This document shows positions 1 through 10,001 of a DNA stretch of 64,000 nt, one piece after another. Made by a program: the position numbers and the translations under genes. The notes beneath the pieces were generated by a model, which saw only the letters and a list, made by a program, of their open reading frames with translations, was not told the origin of the DNA and searched no databases. The DNA lies in IMG/VR virus record IMGVR_UViG_3300035099_000181, positions 1 to 64,000 of that record; one strand, written 5' to 3'. The DNA is from a virus. How positions within the stretch are numbered: the stretch's first letter is position 1; each line of letters starts with the position of its first letter.

Positions 1-127
1 GGAATTCCTTTCCGAGTACGGCTTTCTGGGAAAAATTTGCTATCGGAATTCCTTTCCGAGTACGGCTTTCTGGGAAAAATTTGCTATCGGAATTCCTTTC
101 CGAGTACGGCTTTCTGGGAAAAATTTG
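1..127. repeat. Tandem repeat, 44-bp unit, about 2.9 copies (may extend beyond the window start)
   Basis: GGAATTCCTTTCCGAGTACGGCTTTCTGGGAAAAATTTGCTATC starts at 1, 45 and 89; a further GAAAAATTTG occurs near 153. Confidence 0.95.
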
Positions 128-545
128 GTACTGGAATCCCTCTGTCAAATCAGAAAAATTTGGTTGGGTCATTCCTTTGAGGTTTCCATACAATGCTAGA
201 ATTGCTATTTTCAGTTTTAGATAAAAATTATGGCAGGAGTTCTTTTAGAGACTTCTCGTATGATATCGGAGTTTCTTTCTCCTGACTGATTCTTGGGAAT
301 GCTTATGGAAAAGTTTGATTGTCCTGTCGGCCTTTCTCCCTTTTGTGCTCTATGTCTGCAATGCTGCTGGAGGCCTATATATGGGATAGCATCAGGCAAG
401 CAATGCCTGCGGATGTGCGGGTTTTTCTATTCTTACTATTTACCTCCCTGCTTTCTTAGCGTACCGTTAGGTTGGCAGCGAGACGAATGGGATGCTTTTC
501 CGTGAAGTTAGTCTCAATTTTAGGAAGATCTGACGGAGAATTGAA

Positions 546-770
546 ATGTTCCGCAATTCGCCACTGGAGATGCCCCAGGTCATGCCGGGCACGAGGTTAC
601 GCAGGATAAGAGCATCGGGCGTAAGCATATCGTTGGAAGACGGCGAGATTGTGCTCAGGTATAGGGGCAAGACTGAGAAGGAGGTAGATCAATTATGGGA
701 GAGCGAGATCCGGTGGCACAAGCCAGAATTAGTAATCGACCTGATCAAGGAAAGGCTGGGGGCCAGATGA
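546..770 (+). CDS. Hypothetical protein (start may be a downstream ATG)
   Basis: 74-aa ORF on the coding strand upstream of the terminase; no recognisable motif. Confidence 0.5.
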   Translation: MFRNSPLEMPQVMPGTRLRRIRASGVSISLEDGEIVLRYRGKTEKEVDQLWESEIRWHKPELVIDLIKERLGAR

Positions 771-774
771 GCAA

Positions 775-835
775 GGCGCGTCTTCATATATATAATGATA
801 TGGGCGCGTCTTCATATATATATATAATGATATGG
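775..835. repeat. Direct repeat GGCGCGTCTTCATATATATAATGATATGG x2 containing TATAAT; possible terminase promoter
   Basis: Two adjacent copies differing only in the number of TA units, directly before the GGAGG RBS of the terminase gene. Confidence 0.7.
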
Positions 836-845
836 AGGGAGCGGG

Positions 846-2582
846 ATGAGGCTTAATTTGCTATCCACCGAGGAGCTGGTTCACAACATCATCCGGTTCA
901 ACTCGGAGGGCAGAGCATTCCAGGCTGTAGCTGCCAATCGAGACACATTTGCGCGGGTATGTGAGGAAGTCCTGCGCCGGGATGATAAAGCATCTTATTA
1001 TGAGTGGGTGCTTGAATCATTCTTGCGAGAGGGTATTCGGCATGAGGATGTACTGCATTTCTATATTCGGGCGTTTTTAGGCTACGTGATCCCGCGCGGG
1101 GGCTCGCGGTTCTGCCGCAACCATGTAGCGCCATTCACGTTCGTCGCTGACATGTTCTTCGAGAAAGTGCGGAGTGCTATCGCATTTGCCAACAGGACGG
1201 GGGGCAAGACGATTGACATGGCTATTCTGAATCATCTGGATATGGCATTCAAGCCTGGGTGCGAGATAGCCTCTGCGGGGGCCAGCAGGGATCAGGCGGG
1301 CAGGATGTACAAGTACTTCCTCGGTTTCCACAACTCTAACGACTTCCTGCAGGACTTGCTCCTCAAGGAGCCCACCAGGAGTCTGACCTTGTATAGAAAC
1401 CAAAGTTCCTTAGAGATCATAACAGGCTCATTTAAGGGCCTGAACTCCAGCCATCCTAATAAGCTGCGCGTTGATGAGGTGGAGTTGATGGACTGGTCGG
1501 TGCTTCAGCAGGGGATCAGCATGTCCATGACTTCGCAGTCCGTGGCCACTGGCCGGGAGATAATGTCTCAGATGGCATTTTCTTCTACAAGGAAGACAGA
1601 CTCTGGAACTATGCAGCGTCTTTTAGACCTTGCAGCGAAGGACAGGCGCAAGCAAGGCGGGCTGGTCATCTACGAGTGGTGCATCCTGGATATCATCCAG
1701 AAGTGTACACGCCTATGCGCAAGCGACAAAGTGTTCGGGGACTGTCCGATAGTTGAGGTATGCAAGGGCAGGGCACATAATGGGAGTGGGTTCTACCGTA
1801 TAGATGACTTCATAGACAAAGTGATAACCCTGGACAGGGATGTGCTAGAAGCGGAATGGTTCAACCTGAGGCCTTCGCGTCAGATCTATGTATATGGCGG
1901 GTACTGGGACAGGGAAAAGCATTTCCTTCCCCCAATTGACCTGAAGGGCAAGGATATCGTGCATGCAGGGGGGATAGACTTCGGGAGCAGTCCTGGGCAT
2001 CCGTTTGTATTCAAGGTCTTCATGTGTGACGTAAGCAAGTTTCGCAAGGCTGTAGAGGAGGCAGGGACGGACGATCTGGTTCGAGAGAAGATCACATTCC
2101 ATCTCGTCTACGAGTACAGGTCGGGCTCTGCTACATTGGAAGAGCACGTTTCCAAGATCAAGGGTTCGCAGTACTGGAGGGTGGACATGCCAATATGGGC
2201 TGATCCGTCGGCAAAGCAGGAAAGGATGGACTTGGAGATGACTTACGGCTTGCCCACATTGTCTGCTGTGAACGCGGTGGAGGCAGGGATAAGCACTGTC
2301 CGCTCGCACCTGCAGTTTATCGCTGGGCAGGCACATTACTTCATCCACGAGGGGTACCTAGACTGTGATGATGAGGAACTTGAGAGCACGGACGTGGAAT
2401 TCGGGCGATACAAGTACAAGCGGCTTGCGGATGGGCGCGTGAACAGGAAGGAACCTGAGAAGGCACACGACCATGGCATGGATGTTGATAGGTATGTGCT
2501 AGAGAGTGCCTACCCGTACTTTCGAGAGCTGTTCACGCCTGAATTTGAGGACATAGAGCAAGGAGGTTATTGGTTTGGCTAA
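846..2582 (+). CDS. terL: Terminase large subunit
   Basis: Walker A-like ANRTGGKT, Walker B LRVDEVE, RNase H-like nuclease motifs [14 protein letters not shown] and [10 protein letters not shown]; located upstream of the portal. Confidence 0.92.
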   Translation: MRLNLLSTEELVHNIIRFNSEGRAFQAVAANRDTFARVCEEVLRRDDKASYYEWVLESFLREGIRHEDVLHFYIRAFLGYVIPRGGSRFCRNHVAPFTFVADMFFEKVRSAIAFANRTGGKTIDMAILNHLDMAFKPGCEIASAGASRDQAGRMYKYFLGFHNSNDFLQDLLLKEPTRSLTLYRNQSSLEIITGSFKGLNSSHPNKLRVDEVELMDWSVLQQGISMSMTSQSVATGREIMSQMAFSSTRKTDSGTMQRLLDLAAKDRRKQGGLVIYEWCILDIIQKCTRLCASDKVFGDCPIVEVCKGRAHNGSGFYRIDDFIDKVITLDRDVLEAEWFNLRPSRQIYVYGGYWDREKHFLPPIDLKGKDIVHAGGIDFGSSPGHPFVFKVFMCDVSKFRKAVEEAGTDDLVREKITFHLVYEYRSGSATLEEHVSKIKGSQYWRVDMPIWADPSAKQERMDLEMTYGLPTLSAVNAVEAGISTVRSHLQFIAGQAHYFIHEGYLDCDDEELESTDVEFGRYKYKRLADGRVNRKEPEKAHDHGMDVDRYVLESAYPYFRELFTPEFEDIEQGGYWFG

Positions 2583-3192
2583 GCGCAAGCCGATGTCCTA
2601 TGAGATCCAGGACCAGGTTAAGGACGGCATACGGCGCTATTCGGCACTGGTGTCTTCTGGGGCTGACGGTAGCTGTGTGGCCGAATGCCGCAATGCGATT
2701 TATTCCCTGATGTCGGACTTTATGATGATCTGGGTCACGACGATACTTGCCCGGTGGAAGAGGTTCGAGTCATACCAGGAGCGCCTTTCCGCGAGTTGGG
2801 ATGCATTCTGCTTCTGTCTGGATCGCTATCGGAATTACGACATTCCCGTGCCCAAGCATTTTTACGATTATTCCAGGTATTTTCTGCTTTCGCATTACGC
2901 CAAGAAGGACCATGTGTTCTTACCGATAGAGGACTTGCAGAACACGCTGGCTCTCTCCGAGTTGGCCGAGACCGCGCCTTTCGAGAACCTACTGTCCTTA
3001 TACCAGTTCCGGGAGGCTATGCCAGAACTTTACAAGATAGTCTGGGACGACGCCTTGCTGTCCTTGTGCTCCCGCAATGATAGACAGGTAACGGCTCGGC
3101 CAGGCCTGAACACGAATGCCTATTTTCATGTCAAGAAGGGATTCAAGGCTGTCATTTGCTCCGTCCTGGGCGTGAGTGGTGTCACGCGCTAA
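2575..3192 (+). CDS. Divergent sigma-70/ECF-like transcription factor (putative late sigma)
   Basis: [17 protein letters not shown]...[15 protein letters not shown] resembles sigma region 2; [16 protein letters not shown]...[19 protein letters not shown] resembles region 4; 205 aa. Confidence 0.5.
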   Translation: MAKRKPMSYEIQDQVKDGIRRYSALVSSGADGSCVAECRNAIYSLMSDFMMIWVTTILARWKRFESYQERLSASWDAFCFCLDRYRNYDIPVPKHFYDYSRYFLLSHYAKKDHVFLPIEDLQNTLALSELAETAPFENLLSLYQFREAMPELYKIVWDDALLSLCSRNDRQVTARPGLNTNAYFHVKKGFKAVICSVLGVSGVTR

Positions 3193-3228
3193 AAGTTAGC
3201 ATTCCTGGCCCTACCTTTTATATTTTGA
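3189..3228 (+). promoter_or_regulatory. Putative phage late promoter, copy 1 (CTAAAAGTTA-N15-CCTTTTATATTTTGA)
   Basis: Same bipartite motif with the same spacing recurs at 7297-7336; lies upstream of the portal. Confidence 0.7.
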
Positions 3229-3253
3229 GATCTTTAACCATGGAGATGATGGT

Positions 3254-4783
3254 ATGGACAACAGCAAAATAAGAAAGTCTTCTACTCTGAGGCAGTCTCG
3301 CGAGGCTCTTGAGCTTCGCCGGAATGAGTATGAGACTAAACAGTATGAGGTGGCCACAAGGGAGCTAGGCCTCGTCCTTGAGGCTAGGAATATCGTGGTT
3401 GACGAGGATTTGGAGCGAGGCTGGATGCTCGTAGGTCAGGCAGGGGAGCGGCCAACCGAGACTGAGCACGAGACTGTGCAGGCTTCTGCATACAAACTGT
3501 ACCATGAGAACTTGTTTGCCCGCAGTATTGTACGCAACCTCGCCAAGTTCGTCCTGGGCAAGGGTCCGACTATCATTCCTGATGATGCCAATCCGGAAGT
3601 CAAGAAGACCTGGCAAGAGTTTCGCAAGCTCAACAAGATGAACCAGCGGGAGAAGGAGATAGTATCCCGCACGTTCCGGGATGGCGAGGTGTTCCTGCGC
3701 AAGTTCGTTGACGAAACGGACGGCACGGTCAAGATCCGCTTCATACGGGCCTCCCTCATATCTGATCCCTCCGGAGGGATGGATGACGGGAAGTCTTTTG
3801 GTATAGAGACTGACCCGGATGACATCGAGACGCCTGTCGTGTACTACAAGCAGAAGGTGGACAGGAAAGGACAGTCCCTTGGCAGGGGTGAGTTCGAGGC
3901 CATCCCCGCCGATGAGATCATTCACATAAAAGTGTTCTGCGACGCAGACCAGAAGCGAGGGGTCACGATCTACCGCGTGTGCGCCAAGAGGCTGAAGCAA
4001 TATGAGGAGTGGCTGCTGGACAGGATTGTTCTGAACAAGATCCGCACTGCAATAACCCTCGTCAAGAAGGTTGATGCGCCTGCCGGGACCGTGAAAAGCA
4101 TCCGGGAGGAAGGACTATCCACAAGGATGCCTGAATCTTACAAGAGACAGAAGATGCTGGAGCGAGGGACGGTCATCACGGCGAGTAAGGGGATTAGTTA
4201 TGAGATGCTATCCCCCAACATCAACGCTTCTGACGTGGCCGAGGATGGGCGCTCCATGCTCTTATCAATCGCTACGGGCGTTGGGTTTCCCGAGATGTTA
4301 CTGACTTCCTCCTACGAGAATGCAAACTTTGCATCCACGATGGTTGCGCAGAATCCCTGGGTCCGCGAGGTTGAGGACTGGCAGGACTTCTTTACGTCAT
4401 TCTACCAGGAGCTTTTTGAACTGGTGATCCAGACTAAGATCGATGCCGGGATGCTCCCTAGCGACACGGAAACCACCTGCGCGGTAGAGTTCCCACCAAT
4501 GATAGCAGCGAACCTGAAGGAAATGGCCGAGGCATACGAAATTCAGCAGAAGTACCGTATAATGAGTAAGAGGACATGGCGGGCCAAGATGGGCTTGGAC
4601 AATGATCAGGAGAAACTCTACATCGAGGAGGAGGATGCGGAGGAGGGCAACATTCCAAGCAAACTGGGGGTTCCGCCTGTGCCGGGGCCTGTCCCTGGGC
4701 AGATTCCGCAGCAGGGCGCAGGATTCAACATGCCAAAGGCCCCGGTGAATCAGTACGGGAGTATGCCAGAAGAAGATGAATAG
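3254..4783 (+). CDS. Portal protein (lambda-family-like)
   Basis: RTFRDGEVF, GIETDPDD, EIIHIK, QKRGV and NANFAS motifs; 509 aa; downstream of terL. Confidence 0.9.
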   Translation: MDNSKIRKSSTLRQSREALELRRNEYETKQYEVATRELGLVLEARNIVVDEDLERGWMLVGQAGERPTETEHETVQASAYKLYHENLFARSIVRNLAKFVLGKGPTIIPDDANPEVKKTWQEFRKLNKMNQREKEIVSRTFRDGEVFLRKFVDETDGTVKIRFIRASLISDPSGGMDDGKSFGIETDPDDIETPVVYYKQKVDRKGQSLGRGEFEAIPADEIIHIKVFCDADQKRGVTIYRVCAKRLKQYEEWLLDRIVLNKIRTAITLVKKVDAPAGTVKSIREEGLSTRMPESYKRQKMLERGTVITASKGISYEMLSPNINASDVAEDGRSMLLSIATGVGFPEMLLTSSYENANFASTMVAQNPWVREVEDWQDFFTSFYQELFELVIQTKIDAGMLPSDTETTCAVEFPPMIAANLKEMAEAYEIQQKYRIMSKRTWRAKMGLDNDQEKLYIEEEDAEEGNIPSKLGVPPVPGPVPGQIPQQGAGFNMPKAPVNQYGSMPEEDE

Positions 4784-5690
4784 GAAAGAAGTTTATGAGG
4801 CCGTTGAGGAATTCACGAGCGAATGTTCGCCTTTTTCCGCTTATATTCAGGAGAAAGTCCCCGGTACGGGCTTGAAAGGCGGGCATTGGATAACAACACA
4901 TACCGGTCGCCATGTTTATATTGGAGACAGGGGGGCAAACAAGGGCCGAGTGCTAGCCGGACCTTCTGAACTTATCGGCCAGAGGGTGGGAAAGAAGACA
5001 GTTGGTGCTGCTGATATTCTCAAGGCTGAGGCCGAGCGCACTAAGCTGTCCGCAAAGGTCAAGTTTGACAGGGTTGATGAACTTGAGAAGAAGTTCAATG
5101 CTATCACTGGGGAAAATGCGAGAAACCAGAAGTCAAAGGATATAAAAATAGCTGAACATGCGGACTGTGCCTCTTTGGTGATGCATACGGCAATAAGGCC
5201 AGGCTATGATGTTGACACTCACGCTAAGGTCAAGGCCTATGGTGCTACTACATTAGAGGGAAGGCACGTTAACGTTGATTCCAAGGGCGATGTGTCCCTG
5301 AAATTCGTGGGCAAGAAGGGAGTCAATCAGGACATTCCGATAACAGATTCAAAAGTCGCTTCTATGCTGAAGGCGAAGGCCAAGCAAGCTGGGGAGACAG
5401 GGCGATTGTTCTCCAGAGTATCTGGTGAATCGCTCCTGGCCTATATCAAGAAGTTCGACGGCGGAGGATTCAAGACGAAGGACCTGCGGACTTATGTCGG
5501 GACCAATACGGCAAAGGATACGATAGCGGGAATGGCAATTCCAAAAAACGCTACGCAGTACAAGGCTGCTGTTCGACAAGTGGCTGAAGTTGTATCTAAG
5601 AAGCTAGGCAATACCCCGACGATAGCGTTGCAATCCTACATCAATCCAAAAGTCTTTATAAAATGGAGGAAGAGCGCAAATGTCGAATAA
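4776..5690 (+). CDS. DNA topoisomerase IB catalytic-core protein with an N-terminal WITxxxGRHV motif
   Basis: TopIB motifs in order: IRPG, YGATTLEGRHV, FVGKKGV, FKTKDLRTY, LGNTPTIALQSYINP (catalytic R, K, R, N, Y). Confidence 0.88.
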   Translation: MNRKEVYEAVEEFTSECSPFSAYIQEKVPGTGLKGGHWITTHTGRHVYIGDRGANKGRVLAGPSELIGQRVGKKTVGAADILKAEAERTKLSAKVKFDRVDELEKKFNAITGENARNQKSKDIKIAEHADCASLVMHTAIRPGYDVDTHAKVKAYGATTLEGRHVNVDSKGDVSLKFVGKKGVNQDIPITDSKVASMLKAKAKQAGETGRLFSRVSGESLLAYIKKFDGGGFKTKDLRTYVGTNTAKDTIAGMAIPKNATQYKAAVRQVAEVVSKKLGNTPTIALQSYINPKVFIKWRKSANVE

Positions 5691-5853
5691 GATGACATTG
5701 GATGAATGGGAAGAATACTTGAACAGCCCGCCCATAGATTGGCGGAAGTATGCAGACCTTGACCCGGACCCTGACGATGAGGAACTGGATAAGACGCCTC
5801 CTGATGTGGTAGAACTTTTGGGGTTCGACCCTAAAGAATTCTCGAAAGCGTAG
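5680..5853 (+). CDS. Small acidic protein, 57 aa (absent from the ORF track)
   Basis: MSNKMTLDEWEEYLNSPPIDWRKYADLDPDPDDEELDKTPPDVVELLGFDPKEFSKA; its ATG overlaps the end of the TopIB gene. Confidence 0.7.
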   Translation: MSNKMTLDEWEEYLNSPPIDWRKYADLDPDPDDEELDKTPPDVVELLGFDPKEFSKA

Positions 5854-5966
5854 TATAATATATAGAGGATATTCAGGTTGGACATAGTGGATGCTGTGAA
5901 TAGGTTTGTATTCGAATGTTTCGGGGAATTCCTGTCGGGTCCTGAGATCCTTGAGAAAGGATAGAC

Positions 5967-6185
5967 ATGGAAGAAAAACAGGAAGCCATAAGGCGAGCTG
6001 TCTCAAACATGGTAGATCCGGAGGACTTCTTCGGGGAGTTTCAATGCGATAGTTGCAAGCATTACAAGAGCAGGAATTCCTGCTCCGCATTCGAGCACAT
6101 ACCTATGGATATTATCGTCAACAGGTTTATTCACGCTAAGAAATATCCCGGTCAGGATAATGATGTCGTCTACGAGGCAGAGTAG
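5967..6185 (+). CDS. Small Cys/His protein, putative metal-binding
   Basis: CDSCKH...CSAF..IP...H...YPGQDN pattern; stop codon abuts the MuF start. Confidence 0.75.
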   Translation: MEEKQEAIRRAVSNMVDPEDFFGEFQCDSCKHYKSRNSCSAFEHIPMDIIVNRFIHAKKYPGQDNDVVYEAE

Positions 6186-7271
6186 ATGCCTCCCAAATCC
6201 GCATCTGAATCCTTCCGTGACCTCCTCCTGAAGCATAGCCATTACCTCTACAAAGTTGAGAATGGCACAATCCAGCAGATGCTTGCTCCATATCTGCGAG
6301 CCAAGGACGAGATCTACAGCAAGATCGTGTCCCTTGAGGGGAAGATAGCGGGGAAGGATGTGCCCTGGGCTTTGCAAAGGCTCCGAGCGCAGATGGCCGA
6401 GATAGACGCTGTGCTGCAAGTCGCCGCCGCTGAGGCTACAGGCATACTTGGAAGTGTCATGCTTAACGTGGCCAATCATGATGCCGCAATGATCCAGGAT
6501 TCCTTGAGCAAGACCTTCGGCACGATTGGCGTCAACGTCACTTCCATCCCGTTCTGGCAAGTAGATACGATCCTGAACAGCCCGCTGCGCGGCGAGTCCA
6601 TAGGAGAAAAGATCTTGTGGGGCAACTCCCAGGCCGTAAAGTTGATGCTCGGCGAATTAACACAGAGCATAATGCAGGGCGAGGACATAGTTAGGGCTGC
6701 CAGGAGACTCATTGATCCTGTAAGAAAGGGACTTGAGGGTGCGGCTGCCGATGTGATCAAGCGCAGAGCCATGATGATAGCCCGCTCCGAGATACTCTAT
6801 GTCAGCAACCAAGTCGCCAGACAGATTTTCTTCAACAATCGGGATATCCTCAAGGGAGCGCAGTATGTGGCAACTCTTGATAATAGGACTTGCCTGATAT
6901 GTGGAGCTCAGGACGGCAAGATCTTCCCGTTCTTGCCCAATGGGGATCACAAGGGGCCGGTTCTGCCTATCCATCCCCAGTGCAGATGTATCTACTCGCC
7001 CGTCACGAAGTCTTGGGAAGAGCTTGGGGACAAGTCTCTGAATCCCAATATAGCCCCTGAAAATAGGAAGAATTACTTCGCGGGCAAGCCCTTGGAGGCT
7101 CCTATCACATATGAGGAATGGCTGAAAGGTCTTGACGACAAGGAAGTCGTAGATATTCTTGGCAAAAAGCGTTATGCCTTATGGAAATCCGGCAAGATCA
7201 AGTTGTCCCAGATGGCTACGAGCACAGATGTTCTTACCGTTGACGAACTCACCAAAAAAGCACAATCCTGA
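6186..7271 (+). CDS. Head morphogenesis protein (MuF / SPP1 gp7 family)
   Basis: MIARSE, YVATLDNRTCLICGAQDG, PIHPQCRC and TYEEWLK motifs. Confidence 0.92.
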   Translation: MPPKSASESFRDLLLKHSHYLYKVENGTIQQMLAPYLRAKDEIYSKIVSLEGKIAGKDVPWALQRLRAQMAEIDAVLQVAAAEATGILGSVMLNVANHDAAMIQDSLSKTFGTIGVNVTSIPFWQVDTILNSPLRGESIGEKILWGNSQAVKLMLGELTQSIMQGEDIVRAARRLIDPVRKGLEGAAADVIKRRAMMIARSEILYVSNQVARQIFFNNRDILKGAQYVATLDNRTCLICGAQDGKIFPFLPNGDHKGPVLPIHPQCRCIYSPVTKSWEELGDKSLNPNIAPENRKNYFAGKPLEAPITYEEWLKGLDDKEVVDILGKKRYALWKSGKIKLSQMATSTDVLTVDELTKKAQS

Positions 7272-7296
7272 TCCTCTTTCTTTTATCATTGCTCTC

Positions 7297-7336
7297 CTAA
7301 AAGTTATGTCCTGAAAGACCTCCTTTTATATTTTGA
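7297..7336 (+). promoter_or_regulatory. Putative phage late promoter, copy 2
   Basis: CTAAAAGTTA-N15-CCTTTTATATTTTGA; both boxes identical to 3189-3228. Confidence 0.7.
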
Positions 7337-7377
7337 AAGGCTCGATGCAACCTGAGAATATAAAAGGAGAATCAGAA

Positions 7378-8010
7378 ATGCCTTATCCTAATTTTCATAC
7401 CTGCAGAATCGCTGACCCAAGCGAGTTTGATCCTAAGACCTATGGGCAAGATACCCGCAAGCATGACGGCAAGGAATATTCTGTCTTGTATGCTGCTAAG
7501 AAGGACGGCGGGTCTTCTGCAGAGCAAGCCTACCGATATCCCAAGGACGTATGGACCGCTGCTTCAGCTTCTGCACATTGCAAGACGCATGGCGGATCGT
7601 TTGAGGCTGCGTCTGGCAAGCCTTCCGGGAAGGAATCCATTTTCGAGTTTGACGACTATTATGAGGGCGTGAGCACCAAGTCTTGGGCTTCTGTTGATAA
7701 GTCTTCCTTGCCCAAGTCCGCATTCTTGTGGATCGAGGGAGATGGCAAGACGAAGGATCAATGGCACCTGCCTTATAAGGATGAAGAAGGGAACATTAAT
7801 CTCGGTGCTTTGCGAGCGATATCAGCAGCGATAGCCGGGGCGAGGACGGGCACGCCTATGGATGTCCCTTCCGAAGTGAAAACAAAGCTGGATGCCCTGC
7901 TGAAGAAGTACAACATCGGCCAGGAAAGTGTGCGGGAATCCTATGTCAATGAGTATGACGCAGAGATAGCGGTTCTAGGATTTGTAGATGAGTGCTTCCA
8001 GAGCTTCTAA
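7378..8010 (+). CDS. Head-associated protein with two small domains
   Basis: AAAGGAGA RBS then MPYPNFHTCRIADP...QAYRYPKDVWT and LPYKD..G.INLGALRA..AAIAGAR; position between MuF and the protease. Confidence 0.65.
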   Translation: MPYPNFHTCRIADPSEFDPKTYGQDTRKHDGKEYSVLYAAKKDGGSSAEQAYRYPKDVWTAASASAHCKTHGGSFEAASGKPSGKESIFEFDDYYEGVSTKSWASVDKSSLPKSAFLWIEGDGKTKDQWHLPYKDEEGNINLGALRAISAAIAGARTGTPMDVPSEVKTKLDALLKKYNIGQESVRESYVNEYDAEIAVLGFVDECFQSF

Positions 8011-9454
8011 TGAGGATTGGAAAATGAGGTATGCAATGAGATTGGTCAAATCAGCGGATTTGAGAGAGGACTTTTCGGACTTTTTTGACGGCGTGACAGA
8101 GGCTTCTATAGACAAGGACAACCGGACCGTCAAAGGCGTATGTGTGTTTGGCAGGCGTGAGTCTGCCAACAAGCGCATTTACCAAGATCGAGCTATAGAG
8201 TCTATCTGTAGGCTTGCCGATGGCACGAAGTGTTACCTGAATCACCCTACAAAGACTGAGCTGAGGGAACGTGAGGGCGTGCGCGACTTGCGAGACTGGG
8301 CTGGAGTCTATGTCAATCCACGTAAGCAGGGGGACAAGGTATTCGCTGACCTGGTTGTGCGAGAGCAGTACTTCCCGCTTGTGCAAGACATAGCTGTTAT
8401 GAAGCCTGCTAATGTTGGCAATTCCATCAATGCTCGTGTGAAGACAGCTAGTGACGAGAAGGGAATGGAGAACGTCGCGGATGTGGAGTCTTTGAAATCC
8501 ATTGATTTAGTTGCCTCGGCAGCTACTACAACTTCTCTCTTTGAGGCTGCATTGGAGCAGAATTCCAAGGAGGAAAAGGATGGGTTGGTACAGTACTTTG
8601 CCGAGTGGCTTCTCCTGCAGCAAGGCTTTCAGGTCACAGAGAGCCTGCTTAAGGACAAGATAGCTAATGACAAGATCCAGCGCGAGATCAGTGACCTGAG
8701 TTGGACCGCGCAGGACATGATAACCGGCATCTTGCAGGATACGGAGAAGGGCCTGACTTGGGAGCAGAAGAAGTCCAAGATCATGGCTGTATTCGACGAA
8801 CTGGCAGAGGAGGTAAAGAAGAGGGTGCCGAAGGCGGGGACAGACGCGGGCACTGGAGTCGGAAGCTCTCCCCAGTCTGAGGCAAGCAAGGAGGCGGAAA
8901 AAGGAGGTGACGAGGGAGCAATGGAAATCACAGTTGAGATGTTGAGGAAAGACCATTCTGAGATCGTGGAGGCGCTCCTCGCGGAGCAGAAGGAAAGCGC
9001 GAGCAGGGAAAAGGCTGCGTTTGAAGCCAAGATCCAGGAGCGGGACGGCAAGGTCATGGAATTGACCGAGTCCGTAAGACAGAAGGATGAGGAGATCAAA
9101 GGGCTTAAGACCAGGCTCGACGAGAAGGAGGTAGCTGAAAGGCTGGCCGAAAAGGAGATGATGATCCTTGAGGCGACGAAGGGGCTGCCTAAAGAGGTCA
9201 TGACCGAGATCTTCCTTGAGGATCTGCGGGCCGTCCAGGAGAAAAAGGGTGATGGAGATGCGGTCATTACGATCAAGGAGCAGATCGAGCAGCGCGTCGA
9301 GGACCGCAAGAAGATCCTGTCCTTGAGCAAGGGAAAGATCAAGGGCTCGGGGGACCAGTTCGTTGAGGACTTGGGGAGAACCAAGAAGGCGTTCTCCGGT
9401 ACTCAGGAGGTATCTGAGGCTGTGGAGGACTTTATTTCGATGGTGAAAAGTTAG
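7988..9454 (+). CDS. Prohead protease fused to scaffold (true start probably 8036; possible internal scaffold start at 8921)
   Basis: SANKRIY, YLNHP, NSINARV and SIDLVASAA protease-type motifs; charged coiled-coil C-terminal half; GAGGGAG RBS before MEITVE at 8921. Confidence 0.8.
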   Translation: MSASRASNEDWKMRYAMRLVKSADLREDFSDFFDGVTEASIDKDNRTVKGVCVFGRRESANKRIYQDRAIESICRLADGTKCYLNHPTKTELREREGVRDLRDWAGVYVNPRKQGDKVFADLVVREQYFPLVQDIAVMKPANVGNSINARVKTASDEKGMENVADVESLKSIDLVASAATTTSLFEAALEQNSKEEKDGLVQYFAEWLLLQQGFQVTESLLKDKIANDKIQREISDLSWTAQDMITGILQDTEKGLTWEQKKSKIMAVFDELAEEVKKRVPKAGTDAGTGVGSSPQSEASKEAEKGGDEGAMEITVEMLRKDHSEIVEALLAEQKESASREKAAFEAKIQERDGKVMELTESVRQKDEEIKGLKTRLDEKEVAERLAEKEMMILEATKGLPKEVMTEIFLEDLRAVQEKKGDGDAVITIKEQIEQRVEDRKKILSLSKGKIKGSGDQFVEDLGRTKKAFSGTQEVSEAVEDFISMVKS

Positions 9455-9479
9455 ACAAGAAAGGAGGTGAGAAGAGAGA

Positions 9480-9998
9480 TTGACTGCGTATAACAGATAT
9501 TTGAAGGGCAATGCAGAGGAAGGGTTAGTCGCGATCCATGGAAACATCGTTGTGGAGGCCGGAGACCTGATGTTTCTGAACACTACGGCAGGAATCGTCT
9601 ATGGTGTGGCTGCCGACAATTATGGCTATCCGTTTACGAGCTTAACCTGCACGACTGCTGCTACGGCTAGGGAGTATGCTCTTATCAGCAACTTCTTGGG
9701 GGTAGCAATGGAAAGTTCGCCGTCTGGCGTTACCGAGAACATCACGGTGACCAAGAGTGGCGTATTTCGCTTCCCCTTGGTACACAAGGCTGGGGTCACG
9801 GTCGGGGCTTTGGTCAGTGCGGTAAGTTCCGCTGCGACAACGAGTACGTCAGGGGTTAGTGATCAGCATGTCGCTATTGTGGGCGATGCCCAGGCTACTA
9901 CTGCGTATCTTGGGTATGTGACCAAGACCCAAAGTGGGGCGAGCTATGTGGACTTCCAGATCCGGACTGCGTTCGGGCCTGCCGGAGTAGCGACTTAG
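9480..9998 (+). CDS. Capsid decoration/cement protein, paralog 1
   Basis: Between scaffold and capsid; FLGVAM, GVFRF and C-terminal IRTAFGP shared with the next gene. Confidence 0.7.
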   Translation: MTAYNRYLKGNAEEGLVAIHGNIVVEAGDLMFLNTTAGIVYGVAADNYGYPFTSLTCTTAATAREYALISNFLGVAMESSPSGVTENITVTKSGVFRFPLVHKAGVTVGALVSAVSSAATTSTSGVSDQHVAIVGDAQATTAYLGYVTKTQSGASYVDFQIRTAFGPAGVAT

Positions 9999-10001
9999 TG
10001 A

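Noticed and set aside
1-127. 44-bp repeats as a CRISPR array
   Set aside because: The copies are head-to-tail with no spacers.
4776-5690. Integrase or protelomerase call for the tyrosine-active-site protein
   Set aside because: The motifs (YGATTL..RHV, KDLRT, LGNTP...SYI.P) match TopIB specifically. No integrase or att site was recognised in the window.
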